Positions 62,543 through 64,000 of a DNA stretch of 64,000 nt are shown in pieces (positions within the stretch are counted from its first letter, which is position 1; each line of letters begins with the position of its first letter). The translations under genes and the position numbers were made by a program. The stretch is from the NCBI RefSeq assembly GCF_963921235.1, contig NC_086097.1:32614001-32678000 (forward strand), read 5' to 3'. Below the pieces are notes generated by a model. It saw only the letters and a program-made list of their open reading frames with translations. It had not been told where the DNA came from and made no database searches. The stretch is from Mobula hypostoma. Its lineage: Eukaryota.

Positions 62543-64000
62543 TTTGGGTGGAATTGAGGAATGGGAAAGGTGCAGTAACTCTTATGGGGGTGTATTATAG
62601 ACCACCAAATGGGCAGCGAGAATTGGAGGAGCAAATTTGTAAGGAGATAGCAGATATTAGTAGTAGGCACAAGGTTGTGATTGTGGGAGATTTTAATTTT
62701 CCACACATAGACTGGGAAGCCCATACTGTAAAAGGGCTGGATGGTTTGGAGTTTGTAAAATGTATGCAAGATAGTTTTTTGCAGCAATACATAGAGCCAC
62801 CAACTAGAGAAGGGGCAGTGTTGGATCTCCTGTTAGGGAATGAGATAGGTCAGGTGAAGGAGGTTTGTGTTGGGGAGCACTTGGGGTCCAGTGATCACAA
62901 TGCTATTAGTTTCAATATAAATATGGAGAAGGATAGGACTGGACCCAGGGTTGAGATTTTTGATTGGAGAAAGGCAAATTTTGAGGAGATGTAAAAGGAT
63001 TTAGAAGGAGTAGATTGGGACAACTTGTTTTATGGGAAGGATGTAATAGAGAAATGGAGGTCATTCAAAGGTGAAATTTTGAGAGTACAGAATCTTTATG
63101 GTCCTGTTAGGTTAAAAGGAAAGGTTAAAAGTTTGAGAGAGCCATGGTTTTCAAGGGATATTGGAAACTTAGTTCGGAAAAAAAAGAGAGATCTACAATA
63201 AATATAGACAGCATGGAGTAAATGAGGTGCTCAAGGAATATAAAGAATGTAAAGGCATCCGTTAGTCTTGCAAGACCATGGATCTGCGCCTGGAAAGTCT
63301 TCACTCTCCAGGGCGCAGGCCTGGGCAAGGTTGTATGGAAGACCAGCAGTTGCCCATGCTGCAAGTCTCCCCTCTCCACAACACCAATGTTGTCCAAGGG
63401 AAGGGCATTAGGACCCATACAGCTTGGCACCAGTGTCATCGCAGAGCAATGTGTGATTAAGTGCCTTGCTCAAGGACACAACACGTTTCCTCGACTGGGG
63501 CTCGAACTCATGACCTTCAGGTCGCTAGTCCAATGCCTTAACCACTTAGCCACGTGCCCACATTAAAGAATGTAAAAAGAATCTTTAAGAAAGAAATTAG
63601 AAAAGCTGAAAGAAGATATGAGGTTGCTTTGGCAAGTAAGGTGAAAATAAATCCAAAGGGTTTCTACCGTTATATAAATAGCAAAAGGATAGTGAGGGAT
63701 AAAATCAGTCCCTTAGAGAATCAGAGTGGATGGCTATGTGTGAAGCCAAAAGAGATGGGGAGATTCTTTACAATTTCTTTTCTTCGGTATTCACTAAGGA
63801 GAAGGATATTGAATTGTGTAAGATAAGGGAAATGGGTAGGGAAGTTATGGAAACTATGATGATTAAAGAAGTAGTAGTACTGGAGCTTTTAAGGAATATA
63901 AAAGTGGATAAGTCTCCGGGTCCTTACAGGATATTCCCTAGGACATTGAGGGAAGTTAGTGTTTGAAATGACAGAAATATTTCAAATGTCATTAGAAACG
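62543..64000 (+). mobile_element. CR1 ORF2 (EN onward), runs off the window, interrupted by a SINE
   Basis: GVYYRPP, VGDFNFP, SDHNAISF, VDKSPGP. Confidence 0.9.
63254..63563 (-). mobile_element. tRNA-CORE-type SINE with RTE-like 3' part
   Basis: 13-bp TSD taaagaatgtaaa (63241-63253 and 63564-63576). A-box TGGCTAAGTGG, B-box GAGTTCGAGCC, CORE-like gtgtccttgagcaaggcacttaa, end gcgcagatccatggtcttgcaagactaacggatgcc. Confidence 0.85.

Noticed and set aside
63490..63563. tRNA gene
   Set aside because: The tRNA-like sequence is the head of a TSD-flanked SINE.
50460..64000. Next upstream ATG2B exon (MQQEDEYRIQMEL-type)
   Set aside because: Not found by eye; it presumably lies beyond 64000, although a diverged exon could have been missed.

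Overview
Vertebrate genomic DNA, most likely from a cartilaginous fish (shark or ray). This is inferred from the repeat content: CR1 LINEs with esterase-type ORF1, Rex1/Babar LINEs, V-domain tRNA SINEs and Penelope pseudo-LTRs. The whole window lies inside one host gene on the minus strand, ATG2B (autophagy lipid-transfer protein). I traced 12 consecutive internal coding exons (50455 down to 5409). All have AG/GT splice sites and matching phases, and they join into one open frame of 2018 nt that follows the middle part of vertebrate ATG2B as I recall it. The gene continues beyond both ends of the window. The introns consist mostly of nested, decayed transposable elements: CR1, Rex1/Babar, Penelope, Tc1, hAT and SINEs. 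I found no wholly new biological system. The best leads are: (i) a 418-bp tract that is 100% identical, including a shared frameshift, between two otherwise diverged inverted CR1 copies flanking an ATG2B exon (probable gene conversion); (ii) a 223-bp fold-back Penelope-derived insertion with a 14-bp TSD and an intact minimal hammerhead ribozyme core; (iii) several composite or non-autonomous elements. TE boundaries are approximate unless a TSD or TIR is quoted.
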